The notes under the pieces are model-generated. The model was given only the letters and a program-made list of their open reading frames with translations, was not told the origin of the DNA and made no database searches. The position numbers and the translations under genes were made by a program. A DNA stretch of 64,000 nucleotides. It comes from Patescibacteria group bacterium (GTDB lineage: Bacteria; Patescibacteriota; Patescibacteriia; Patescibacteriales; UBA12465). The DNA is taken from assembly GCA_041651195.1 (NCBI GenBank), contig JBAZJR010000005.1, forward strand, positions 33 through 64,032. The letters are read 5' to 3'. Position 1 is the stretch's first letter, and every line of letters starts with the position of its first letter. Below, piece after piece: positions 18,518 through 26,996 of this stretch.

Positions 18518-21220
18518 ATGAGCAAAATTGATAGCGATATTTTAAATATTGATATCGTTATTTGTAAAAATATCGATAAGTTTAATGTTGCTGATCGAGG
18601 TTTATTGTCGCAGAATATTTTATCCCAACTAAGAAATTTTGTTGAGGATATTTTTTTAAAGATATACAGCAATGGTCAAGATATTGAAAATAATTTTGAA
18701 AATATTAGAAAAGCTGAAGCATATGTAAAAACGAGGGGAAATCTTGGATTTTTATCAAAATTTCACAAACTTTTACAAATCTCATCATCTCATTACACGT
18801 TGGACGAAGATAGATCAGAGAGATTGATGTTAAAATATTATGAATATTTGATTAGAATAAAAAAATATTTAAAATCCACTTATGATTTAGATACTCTTTC
18901 TAATATTAATAAATTTCCGATCAATACTGATAAAACATTGCAAGAATATTATGAAAAAATAGCTGAAAGGATAAAACTATTAGAGCTGTCAGATAGCAAG
19001 GAGTCTTATAGGGACAGATATTATGTTCAAAAGGTAAAACCTTTTTTTGTTGATCATGAGATATATTACGAAGCTACTTTAACTTTAGCTAATGATAAAG
19101 TTAGTAAATTTGACAGGATAATTGCTTTTACAAGGTTTGATATTTCTCCAAATTATGCAGTAGATTTATCTATGATTGATGATAGTATACAAATTTTAGA
19201 TAATAACATGACAATACAGATTATCGGTAATTGGAACGTTTCTATCCGTCCATGTGAGTTTAATAATTTTGCTGCTATTTTTAACTATAATTCAAAGGTT
19301 CAAAGAGGTCTTTCTGAATATGGAAATCTAATGAATTTTTTAACAAAAACCGACACTGATTTAGTCGAAATTGTTAACCTGCCAACTGGTTATTTTAACG
19401 CTGTAAAAGAGTATGTGTTGAAAGGATCAAAGAAATCATATATTTTTGACGTCTTAGAACAATGTCGCGAATTAGTTATAAATAAAAAACAAGGATCAAA
19501 CGTGATTAGATATTTACTCCATAATTTAAATAATAAAATTATCAAGCAGCAATGTGCATTTGGAGGATGTAACAAATTATCCAATTTAAACCTTGATTGG
19601 AAGTGTGTGCCATTTGATGAAATGCCTTTCTACGCTTCATTAATTAATCATAATCCAAAAATCTCAGATTTATTCGATTGTATAGATCAAGATAATAGAG
19701 AACATGAATTATTTGCTAAATTTATAAAAAATAGCACCGAAATAGACGGCAATTTATATAATCCAAAAAAAGACATAACCACCTTCTCTAATATAGATAA
19801 TCTTATAACTAAATATAATAGTTTATTGTATTACAAACACGGAAATCGTAAGTTAGAAATATATAAAGAATGTATTTATATAAAAGAATATGAAGACGAT
19901 ACATATGAAATCATTAAAAAACTTAAAGAGATGTCTTCTGGTGGATTCAAAAAATATTCAAATTCGGTAGAATCATGGTTGAAATCCGCGGTTTATTCCA
20001 TTGATTGTCCGGAGAAAAAAGAGATATTGAAAAAAATGTTTGAACATTCACGGGTTGCTTTAATTTATGGTGCGGCTGGGACTGGAAAGTCTACAATGAT
20101 AAAACATATATCTAATTTTTTTAATAGTGCTAAAAAGTTATATTTGGCTAAAACTAATCCAGCTATTAACAATTTAACAGAAAAAATTACTATTTCTAAT
20201 AGCACCTTTAAGACAATTGATGGATTTTTGTCCCCTAAAACAGACGCGACTGAATTTGATCTATTGATTATTGATGAGTGTAGTACTGTGAGTAATTCTG
20301 ACATGAGAAAAGTTTTAGAAAAAGCATCGTATAAGATATTGGTTTTAGTTGGAGATGTTTTTCAGATAGAATCTATATCATTCGGAAACTGGTTTAGTAT
20401 GGCTAAATCATTTATTCCGGAGCCATCAGTATTTGAATTAACTAGGCCGTATAGAACAAAAAATGATAAATTATTAGAATTATGGAGTAGGGTAAGAAGA
20501 ATTGATAGTGATATTTTAGAGCATATAACAAAAAATAAATATTCTGTAAAATTAGATGATTCCATTTTTAGTCATCCTGATGTAGATGAAATAATATTGT
20601 GCCTTAATTACGATGGACTTTATGGAATAAATAATATTAATAGATTTTTGCAAAATAATAATCCAAGCCCTTCTGTCAGATGGGGCGTCCAAATGTATAA
20701 AGTTAATGATCCAATTTTGTTTAATGAATCAAATAGGTTTTTCCCAGTTATATATAATAATTTAAAGGGCAAGATACTAGGGATAGTTAAGTCAAGTGAT
20801 AAAATTCAATTTGATATTGAGATTAATAAAGTTATAAATGAGTTTGATGCCATGGGTCATGACTTTCAACTTTTGGATAGCAAAGAGAAGGATAAATCGA
20901 TTATTAGGTTTTATGTTAATCAGTCAAAAAATACTGATGAAGACAATGAAGATAATTCTAGTGTGGTTCCATTTCAAATTGCTTATGCTGTTTCAATTCA
21001 TAAGGCTCAGGGTTTAGAGTATGATTCCGTTAAAATTGTTGTGACAAACGAAATTGAAGAAATGATTACCCATAATATATTTTATACTGCAATAACTAGA
21101 GCCAGGGACAAACTAAAAATATATTGGACACCAGAAACAGAAAGTAAGGTTCTAGGTGGGCTTAAAAAGAAAGACAATGGGAAGGATGTGGCACTATTAA
21201 AATATAAATATAACTTATAA
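18518..21220 (+). CDS. 900-aa protein: unknown ~500-aa N-terminal region + SF1 (RecD/Pif1-like, AAA_30/UvrD_C_2-type) helicase
   Basis: Helicase motifs LIYGAAGTGKST, LLIIDECSTV, LVGDVFQ, LTRPYRT, VSIHKAQGLEYDSVKIV, FYTAITRARDKL. I saw no recognisable motif in residues 1-500. Confidence 0.75.
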   Translation: MSKIDSDILNIDIVICKNIDKFNVADRGLLSQNILSQLRNFVEDIFLKIYSNGQDIENNFENIRKAEAYVKTRGNLGFLSKFHKLLQISSSHYTLDEDRSERLMLKYYEYLIRIKKYLKSTYDLDTLSNINKFPINTDKTLQEYYEKIAERIKLLELSDSKESYRDRYYVQKVKPFFVDHEIYYEATLTLANDKVSKFDRIIAFTRFDISPNYAVDLSMIDDSIQILDNNMTIQIIGNWNVSIRPCEFNNFAAIFNYNSKVQRGLSEYGNLMNFLTKTDTDLVEIVNLPTGYFNAVKEYVLKGSKKSYIFDVLEQCRELVINKKQGSNVIRYLLHNLNNKIIKQQCAFGGCNKLSNLNLDWKCVPFDEMPFYASLINHNPKISDLFDCIDQDNREHELFAKFIKNSTEIDGNLYNPKKDITTFSNIDNLITKYNSLLYYKHGNRKLEIYKECIYIKEYEDDTYEIIKKLKEMSSGGFKKYSNSVESWLKSAVYSIDCPEKKEILKKMFEHSRVALIYGAAGTGKSTMIKHISNFFNSAKKLYLAKTNPAINNLTEKITISNSTFKTIDGFLSPKTDATEFDLLIIDECSTVSNSDMRKVLEKASYKILVLVGDVFQIESISFGNWFSMAKSFIPEPSVFELTRPYRTKNDKLLELWSRVRRIDSDILEHITKNKYSVKLDDSIFSHPDVDEIILCLNYDGLYGINNINRFLQNNNPSPSVRWGVQMYKVNDPILFNESNRFFPVIYNNLKGKILGIVKSSDKIQFDIEINKVINEFDAMGHDFQLLDSKEKDKSIIRFYVNQSKNTDEDNEDNSSVVPFQIAYAVSIHKAQGLEYDSVKIVVTNEIEEMITHNIFYTAITRARDKLKIYWTPETESKVLGGLKKKDNGKDVALLKYKYNL

Positions 21221-21270
21221 ATTTAATTTAATTAGATTACACTAATCTGTAACTTTCGTATCAATCCTTG

Positions 21271-21288
21271 TGTCACTTTTGTCACTTT
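21271..21288. repeat. tandem 9-bp repeat TGTCACTTT x2 near right island end
   Basis: tgtcacttt tgtcacttt read directly. It shares the TGTCA/TGACA half-site with the left-end cluster at 5818-5843. Confidence 0.6.
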
Positions 21289-21404
21289 TTAAGAAAAACA
21301 ATAGCGCACGAGGATCTTATTTATTGAAGTTTTAAAATATCACCGAAAAGCCTTGCTGGTATTGCCGAAACCACGGTTCCAGCCCGAGGTAGCCCGCAGA
21401 TTAT

Positions 21405-21431
21405 AAATAGCCCTAAACAAGGGCTATTTTT
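21405..21431 (+). terminator. orphan intrinsic terminator at right island border
   Basis: ATAGCCC/taaacaa/GGGCTAT followed by TTTTT. There is no intact + strand gene immediately upstream. Confidence 0.55.
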
Positions 21432-21511
21432 GATAGGGAGTTTATCGCTTCGGAACGCTATGTTATAATATTAGCGTAAATAATAAAAACATAAAAATTT
21501 TCCTCAATCCT

Positions 21512-21955
21512 ATGAAACCTCAATTTGTTATCGCGGCTTTCGGATTAATTTTTGATGGAAAAAATAGGATCCTGCTTTGCCACCGCTTAGACTATGATTT
21601 ATGGAATCTGCCGGGAGGAACCATGGAAACAGGCGAATCGCCCTGGGAATGTCTAATTCGTGAGGTTAAAGAAGAAACTGGTTTAGAAGTTGAAATAGTG
21701 AGATTAGCAGGAATTTATAATAAACCTGAAAAGTGCGAATTGGTCTTTTCATTTGTGTGCCGCGTTATCGACGGCGAATTTACTCTAAATGCAGAAGCAG
21801 ATAAGATTGAGTATTTTGCTGTCAGCGATATCCCCCATAATACCTCTCCAAAACAAATTGAAAGAATCAATGATGCCCTTAAAGAATCGGGAATGGTTTA
21901 TAAAAATCAAACAGGCAAATCATCAATCGAACTAGTAAAAGAAGGCAAGCTGTAG
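21512..21955 (+). CDS. NUDIX hydrolase
   Basis: Nudix box GGTMETGESPWECLIREVKEETGLEV. Confidence 0.85.
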   Translation: MKPQFVIAAFGLIFDGKNRILLCHRLDYDLWNLPGGTMETGESPWECLIREVKEETGLEVEIVRLAGIYNKPEKCELVFSFVCRVIDGEFTLNAEADKIEYFAVSDIPHNTSPKQIERINDALKESGMVYKNQTGKSSIELVKEGKL

Positions 21956-21994
21956 GACGCCAATTTTTCTCTACTTATTCTACTAAACATCGCC

Positions 21995-22516
21995 ATGGAA
22001 ACATTTAAAATCATCCGGGATGAAGATCTCGGGCAAACTATCGCTGCCCCCGTCCAGTACCGCGAACGAAGGGCAAGCCGGGTAATTATTTTTGACCAAG
22101 AGCGGAACATCGGCCTCCTTAACGTTGCTAAAAAACATTATCATAAGCTGCCTGGAGGCGGAATAGAGGAAGGCGAAACTATCATTGCCGCGTTAAGACG
22201 CGAAACAATGGAGGAGCTTGGTTGCCAAGTGAATAATGTTGAAGACTTGGGAATGATCGAAGAATACCGGGGAAAATTCGGATTACACCGGGTTTCTTAC
22301 TGCTTTATCGGCAACGTGGACGGAGAGAAGAAACCACCTCATCTCGAACAAGGGGAAATTGATGACGGATTTGAACCGGTTTGGTTAGGATTGGATCAAG
22401 CTATAGAAATTTTAGAATCCGAATCAGACGTTAGCGATTATGAAGGAAAGTTTATTCGGATGCGAGACTTAATGTTCTTAAAAGAAGCAAGGAAATATTT
22501 ATATGAGAAAAAATAA
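21995..22516 (+). CDS. NUDIX hydrolase (second, divergent copy)
   Basis: Nudix box PGGGIEEGETIIAALRRETMEELGCQV. Confidence 0.85.
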   Translation: METFKIIRDEDLGQTIAAPVQYRERRASRVIIFDQERNIGLLNVAKKHYHKLPGGGIEEGETIIAALRRETMEELGCQVNNVEDLGMIEEYRGKFGLHRVSYCFIGNVDGEKKPPHLEQGEIDDGFEPVWLGLDQAIEILESESDVSDYEGKFIRMRDLMFLKEARKYLYEKK

Positions 22517-22940
22517 AACCTTGATTATCGGGATTGCCATCGGGATATTAATAATCTTGGCGCTCGCCTATCTAGCCATCTTCGGCCGAGCTCTCAGACA
22601 ATCTGAAAATCATTTTGGAATCTTCCTTGCTTTACCGAAAGCTTTCTTTGGCTCTCAAGCGGTCGCTATAGATAATCAAAAATATTTGGCAAAAAATGCG
22701 ACGGCATTCATCAAAACGATGAAGGAACAAGGATTCTCTTATATCGACCAGATGGGTGCCGGCTATTTCTTGGAAAAAAACGGCGTCCGTTACTTTTCGG
22801 CTAGCCGGATGTATTCATCTTATTTTATGACTTTTACTGTCCCGACGGCCGCAGGCCGATCATCAGCGGCAGCTATCATCGGCCAGCTCGTCCTGGCGGC
22901 TGAAAATAACTGCGGACGGATCATAATGGCTACGGAGTAA
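22503..22940 (+). CDS. membrane-anchored hypothetical protein
   Basis: One N-terminal TM segment (LIIGIAIGILIILALAYLAIF) followed by a soluble domain. No family recognised. Confidence 0.45.
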   Translation: MRKNKTLIIGIAIGILIILALAYLAIFGRALRQSENHFGIFLALPKAFFGSQAVAIDNQKYLAKNATAFIKTMKEQGFSYIDQMGAGYFLEKNGVRYFSASRMYSSYFMTFTVPTAAGRSSAAAIIGQLVLAAENNCGRIIMATE

Positions 22941-22968
22941 CCATAATATACAAGCTGATAAAACCTAT

Positions 22969-24075
22969 ATGAAAAATATTAAGAAAATCTGCATACTAAC
23001 CATATTCCTAGCCTTATTTTTCCCTACCGTCCTGATTGCGGGAAACACTGATAGCGGCCCAGGCTCCTTCCGAGCGAAAGTGATAGAAATCGTCGCCGTC
23101 CAAGAGAAGGCTCGAGAAGACGGATCAACTTTCAGCCAACAGGATCTGAAACTTATTGGGCTAGACGGAAAGTGGCGGGATAAAGAGATTGCTTATAACG
23201 GCATCTCAGACATCGAAGTCGCTGATGCTAAGACTTACCAGGTCGGCGACAAAGTCTTTGTCGATGCTTACGCCGATGAAACCGGAGAAACGATTTTTTA
23301 CGTGGTTGATTTCGTCCGGACCGGATATCTACTATTTTTGACGGCTATCTTCGTGGCGATCGTCTTACTCGTCGGACGCTGGCGCGGACTCAAGGCTTTG
23401 CTGAGCCTAGCTATCAGCTTCTTCATTATCATTAAACTCGTCCTGCCTCAGATACTCGCTGGCCGCGACCCCTTCCTAGTCAGCTTGTTCGGTGGGCTGC
23501 TGATCTTAGCTATCATCATCTATCTGACGGAAGGGTTCAATAAAAAATCCCATCTCGCAGTCATCTCAGTTCTATTTTCCTTGTTTATCACGCTTACCCT
23601 CTCTGTCATCTTCACGAAGCTTACCAGGCTATCCGGACTCGCCCAGGAAGAGGCGAGCTTCCTGATCGGCCTAGGCGGCAGTGAAATAAACTTCCAGGGC
23701 CTGCTGCTAGCTGGTTTTATTATTGGCGCTATCGGCGTCCTAGACGATATCATCGTCGGACAGATAGAAGCCGTGGAACAGATCAAGGCAGCCAACCCCT
23801 CTTTATCGTCTAAAGATATCTTCCGGATGGCTTATAAGGTCGGGGATACGCATCTGGGCGCGATTATCAATACCTTGTTTCTGACTTACGCCGGAGCGGC
23901 CTTGCCCTTACTCTTATTATTCATCATCAACCAAGAATCAGGACTGACTTACGGCCGGCTAATCAACACTGAGATAGTCAGCACGGAAATAGTCCGGACT
24001 TTGGTTGGCAGCGTCGGCGTGATCGCCTCGATGCCGATAGCCACTTTCCTGGCGGCCATACGATTCAAAAGGTAA
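22969..24075 (+). CDS. YibE/F-like polytopic membrane protein
   Basis: Signal/TM segment, ~90-aa extracytoplasmic domain, then about 7 TM segments with a GAIGVLDDIIVGQ motif reminiscent of the YibE/F family (from memory). Confidence 0.45.
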   Translation: MKNIKKICILTIFLALFFPTVLIAGNTDSGPGSFRAKVIEIVAVQEKAREDGSTFSQQDLKLIGLDGKWRDKEIAYNGISDIEVADAKTYQVGDKVFVDAYADETGETIFYVVDFVRTGYLLFLTAIFVAIVLLVGRWRGLKALLSLAISFFIIIKLVLPQILAGRDPFLVSLFGGLLILAIIIYLTEGFNKKSHLAVISVLFSLFITLTLSVIFTKLTRLSGLAQEEASFLIGLGGSEINFQGLLLAGFIIGAIGVLDDIIVGQIEAVEQIKAANPSLSSKDIFRMAYKVGDTHLGAIINTLFLTYAGAALPLLLLFIINQESGLTYGRLINTEIVSTEIVRTLVGSVGVIASMPIATFLAAIRFKR

Positions 24076-24128
24076 GAAAGCCATAATAAAAACCAAGGTG
24101 ACATTATTAAAAACTAATCAATATAAAT

Positions 24129-24521
24129 ATGCCTAAATTGAGTCATAAATTATACCGCGTCTGGATTTTCGCGCTCGGCGTCTCGGCTACTATCGCTTAT
24201 CGGATTATTATTTTTCTTGATGGTTATGAACCATATCTGATGCGCGCCGTCTGGTATGTCGGGACAATCGGTTTCGTCTGGTATTTTATCCATCGCTTCC
24301 GGATTGAAAACCGGCGCGACCGCCTGATTACCGATTTGAAGCTAGCGGACAAGATAAGCGACCAGACTCCTCTGGATGCGGAAGAAAGAGCGGCGTTAAC
24401 CTATATCCTAAGCGGTTTGCAGACTAGCCTAGCTAAATGGAATTATATCGTTATCTTCATTGTCTCGACCTTGGCCCTGGCCTTCAGCGTCTACCAAGAT
24501 ATTATACCCCTGATCAAATGA
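24129..24521 (+). CDS. small membrane protein, unknown function
   Basis: 130 aa, three hydrophobic segments. Confidence 0.45.
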   Translation: MPKLSHKLYRVWIFALGVSATIAYRIIIFLDGYEPYLMRAVWYVGTIGFVWYFIHRFRIENRRDRLITDLKLADKISDQTPLDAEERAALTYILSGLQTSLAKWNYIVIFIVSTLALAFSVYQDIIPLIK

Positions 24522-24543
24522 GGGGGCGCCGACCACGACCGGG

Positions 24544-24572
24544 TTGACGGAAAGACGCGGGGCTAGTATTAT
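24544..24572 (+). promoter_or_regulatory. sigma70-like promoter for tRNA-Arg(CCG)
   Basis: TTGACG, 17-nt spacer, TATTAT. The tRNA starts 14 nt after the -10 element. Confidence 0.65.
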
Positions 24573-24586
24573 CTTAAACATCATCC

Positions 24587-24658
24587 GCCTCTATAGTTCA
24601 ACGGATAGAACGTGAGATTCCGGATCTCAAAATGAGGGTTCGATTCCCCCTGGAGGCA
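24587..24658 (+). tRNA. tRNA-Arg (anticodon CCG)
   Basis: Acceptor GCCTCTA/TGGAGGC, anticodon stem TGAGA/TCTCA with loop TTCCGGA, T-arm GAGGG-TTCGATT-CCCCC, discriminator A. Confidence 0.9.
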
Positions 24659-24672
24659 CCGCCATAATAAAA

Positions 24673-24701
24673 ATAACCAGCCGCTTGGCCGGTTATTTTT
24701 A
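24673..24701 (+). terminator. intrinsic terminator after tRNA-Arg
   Basis: ATAACCAGCC/gctt/GGCCGGTTAT (one mismatch) followed by TTTTT. Confidence 0.65.
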
Positions 24702-24722
24702 TTAGCGGAATGGACGGGGCTC
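24702..24722. repeat. orphan copy of the tRNA-Asp 3' end (21-nt exact direct repeat of 24825-24845)
   Basis: ttagcggaatggacggggctc occurs at 24702-24722 and again at 24825-24845. The second copy forms the 3' acceptor/T-stem strand of the intact tRNA-Asp plus 4 nt. Confidence 0.85.
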
Positions 24723-24791
24723 ACTACCCGGGCTCGGCGGCGCATAGGCGCATCGCCTCGCCTTTCTCGCCTCGCCCTTTCCAACATAAAC

Positions 24792-24823
24792 AAAATCAAC
24801 CCAACGCAGGTTGGGTTGATTTT
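24792..24823 (-). terminator. intrinsic terminator after tRNA-Asp
   Basis: ATCAACCCAA/cgcagg/TTGGGTTGAT 10-bp stem with A-run/T-run flanks, immediately 3' of the tRNA on the - strand. Confidence 0.7.
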
Positions 24824-24828
24824 GTTAG

Positions 24829-24902
24829 CGGAATGGACGGGGCTCGAACCCGCGACCTTCTGCGTGACAGGCAGACGCTCTAACCAACTGAGCTACCACT
24901 CC
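24829..24902 (-). tRNA. tRNA-Asp (anticodon GTC)
   Basis: Reverse complement GGAGTGG TA GCTC AGTTGGTTA GAGC G TCTGC CTGTCAC GCAGA AGGTC GCGGG TTCGAGC CCCGT CCATTCC G. Confidence 0.9.
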
Positions 24903-24949
24903 AATAAAAATGGTCTTAAAAATGGCTATTTTAAAACAGCCACGCCAGA

Positions 24950-24978
24950 ATCATAGCAAAAAGATTCTGACTTGTCAA
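24950..24978 (-). promoter_or_regulatory. sigma70-like promoter for tRNA-Asp
   Basis: On the - strand: TTGACA, 17-nt spacer, TATGAT, about 48 nt upstream of the tRNA 5' end. Confidence 0.65.
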
Positions 24979-25021
24979 AAACGAATTCCCCTTGAAATAA
25001 GGGGAAAAATGACCGATTAGC

Positions 25022-25050
25022 TTGCCAAATCCGGACCGATAGGCTATAAT
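25022..25050 (+). promoter_or_regulatory. sigma70-like promoter for the dksA-like/lspA unit
   Basis: TTGCCA, 17-nt spacer, TATAAT, 47 nt before the ATG at 25098. Confidence 0.65.
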
Positions 25051-25097
25051 TCAAGTATTAAAACTAGTCGATATATAGTTTTTTTATTTACAAGCAT

Positions 25098-25481
25098 ATG
25101 AACGAGGAATTAGACCGGGACACAATAAAAGAGATAGAGAAGGAGCTTTTAGCTCAAAAAAAGCGGATTTTAGACGAATTAGGCGATTTATCCCAGAAAG
25201 ACAACCATGAAGCGGATGACCGAGCCGCCGCTTTTCCTAAATATGGAGATAAGCCTGATGAAAATGCTCAAGAGATCAGCGACTATTCTGCTAATATCGT
25301 TACGGAAAAGGTCTTAGAAAAAAGCCTGGCCGATATCGATAGCGCCCTGGGACGAATCAAAAAAAATACTTATGGCATCTGTAAATACTGCGGCAATCCG
25401 ATCGCTAAAAAAAGGCTGTTAGCTCGCCCGACAGCGAATTCCTGCGTCAGCTGTAAAACCGAATTGCAAGAAAATGAATAA
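25098..25481 (+). CDS. DksA/TraR-family C4 zinc-finger protein
   Basis: Coiled-coil N-terminus and C-terminal CKYCGNPI..(17)..CVSCK four-Cys finger. Confidence 0.8.
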   Translation: MNEELDRDTIKEIEKELLAQKKRILDELGDLSQKDNHEADDRAAAFPKYGDKPDENAQEISDYSANIVTEKVLEKSLADIDSALGRIKKNTYGICKYCGNPIAKKRLLARPTANSCVSCKTELQENE

Positions 25482-25944
25482 ATTATTCTCTAAAGTTTCT
25501 ACTTTCGATATAGCTATCGCCCTAGCGATAGCTATATTTTTTGCAGCCGACCGGATCTTAAAAATCTGGGCGCTGAATTCATTAATGATGTCACCCGTGC
25601 GTTTGATCGGCAATCTCTTAAGCTTCGACTTTACAGCTAATCATTACATCGCCTTTTCCTTGCCGCTCAGCGGCCCGCTCCTGAATGCTGCTATCCTGGG
25701 AATCCTCGTCTTATTAACCATAATTATCATCTTCCTGGCCTTATCCGCCCAACCGCGCCGATTCGAAATCAGCTTCCTAGCCTGTATCCTGCTGGGGGCG
25801 ATCAGCAATTTTTTTGATCGTATCAGCTACGGCTACGTCATCGATTACCTTGATCTACAATATTTCACGGTCTTTAACTTAGCCGACATCATGATCAGCG
25901 GCGGCGCGCTCGCCCTGATCATTAAATTCGTCCGTAATAAATGA
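25474..25944 (+). CDS. lspA: lipoprotein signal peptidase II
   Basis: Four TM segments with NFFDRISYGYVIDYL and FNLADIMISGG motifs. Confidence 0.8.
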   Translation: MNKLFSKVSTFDIAIALAIAIFFAADRILKIWALNSLMMSPVRLIGNLLSFDFTANHYIAFSLPLSGPLLNAAILGILVLLTIIIIFLALSAQPRRFEISFLACILLGAISNFFDRISYGYVIDYLDLQYFTVFNLADIMISGGALALIIKFVRNK

Positions 25945-26353
25945 TCTCCCGGCGCTGTTCTGATAGAGCCCGGATCTTGATCTGCCTGGCCTTGAGCGGC
26001 CAGATTTTTTTTACTTTATCGGCCCATTCTATCACTATGACGGCTTGCTGGGAAGCAAATAATTCCTCGATCCCTAGAGATACCAGGTCCTGAGCCGACC
26101 GCAGGCGATAAGCATCAATATGACAAAAAATCCGCTCCGATCCAGAAACGAGATATGTTTTTAAAATATTAAAAGTCGGACTAGTGACACGCTCTTCTAC
26201 TCCGAGGCCACGAGCTAGCCCTTGAGCAAGCTTAGTCTTACCAGCACCCAGATCGCCGCATAGGGCAAAAACTTCCCCGCCCTGACAATTTTTGCCTAAT
26301 TTTAAACCAAAATTAAATGTATCTTGGTCATTTTTTGTAATAATCTTCAACAT
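25922..26353 (-). CDS. tsaE: tRNA t6A37 biosynthesis ATPase TsaE (YjeE)
   Basis: LCGDLGAGKTKLAQGLARGLGV..VTSPTFNILKTY..HIDAYRL pattern. Confidence 0.85.
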   Translation of the reverse strand: MLKIITKNDQDTFNFGLKLGKNCQGGEVFALCGDLGAGKTKLAQGLARGLGVEERVTSPTFNILKTYLVSGSERIFCHIDAYRLRSAQDLVSLGIEELFASQQAVIVIEWADKVKKIWPLKARQIKIRALSEQRREIIYYGRI

Positions 26354-26401
26354 ACTTCCAGTCTAGATGATTCTAACATAAAAATAAAGACGCGCGCCGC
26401 C

Positions 26402-26433
26402 AAAAATAAAAAGAGGTTGTTAAAAGACAACCC
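26402..26433 (-). terminator. intrinsic terminator after the 26447..26842 gene
   Basis: - strand reads GGTTGT/ctttta/ACAACC followed by TCTTTTTATTTTT. Confidence 0.55.
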
Positions 26434-26446
26434 CTGCTTACAAAAT

Positions 26447-26842
26447 TTACAAAACCGATTCTTTGATTTGATGCCACATATATTTTAACCATGCCCTTAG
26501 CTCAGCCGTATTATCAGTTAAATACCGAATAGAAAATATCAGGCAGAGCATCATCCCGGCAATCAAACCACTCCAAAAACTAAAAATTAGCCATATTTCT
26601 AACCAGATAACGGTTCCGAGCACAGCGCCGAATATATGGTTATATACAAAATTATGGCCACTCAGAGATTTGACGGCTAAACCAGCGATGATTGCTAGGG
26701 CGCTGATAATACTGGCGGCGAAACTATACCAAAAATCTTGCCCAATCAGATGCCAGCTAACCCAAAAAATCAAGCTGGAAAATATGATGGCCGTAAAGAT
26801 TATCATCTTTGTTACAAAATGAATCTTTTTCTTTTTATCCAC
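26447..26842 (-). CDS. small polytopic membrane protein, unknown function
   Basis: 131 aa with four hydrophobic segments. Confidence 0.45.
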   Translation of the reverse strand: MDKKKKIHFVTKMIIFTAIIFSSLIFWVSWHLIGQDFWYSFAASIISALAIIAGLAVKSLSGHNFVYNHIFGAVLGTVIWLEIWLIFSFWSGLIAGMMLCLIFSIRYLTDNTAELRAWLKYMWHQIKESVL

Positions 26843-26996
26843 TGGCTACCCCGATGATTTAATTATATAAAGGACAATTATTTTATGATACGACACTAAC
26901 AGATATTTTAAATGCTGTCAACTTTATCGATAACAATTCCTTGCGGTTAAACTACAAAAATAATAGAATAATAAAAGGGTCACCATCATAAAAAAT

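Larger units (their letters stand above)
5781..21340. mobile_element. low-GC genomic island next to tRNA-Ser (type I R-M + serine recombinase + phage packaging genes + nuclease/helicase cassette)
   Basis: There is an abrupt shift to AT-rich sequence right after tRNA-Ser and its terminator, and a return to backbone-like composition around 21.3-21.4 kb. The content includes a recombinase, terminase and R-M genes. Exact ends are not resolved. Confidence 0.65.

Noticed and set aside
21512-22516. The two adjacent NUDIX hydrolase genes as part of the island or a defence module
   Set aside because: Their composition is closer to the backbone. They lie beyond the orphan terminator and candidate border motifs. 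Nothing links them to the island genes beyond adjacency.
24581-24799. 72-aa - strand ORF across tRNA-Arg(CCG) and the GC-rich relic
   Set aside because: It is antisense to a canonical tRNA and a terminator. The Arg-rich translation is typical of GC-rich non-coding sequence.
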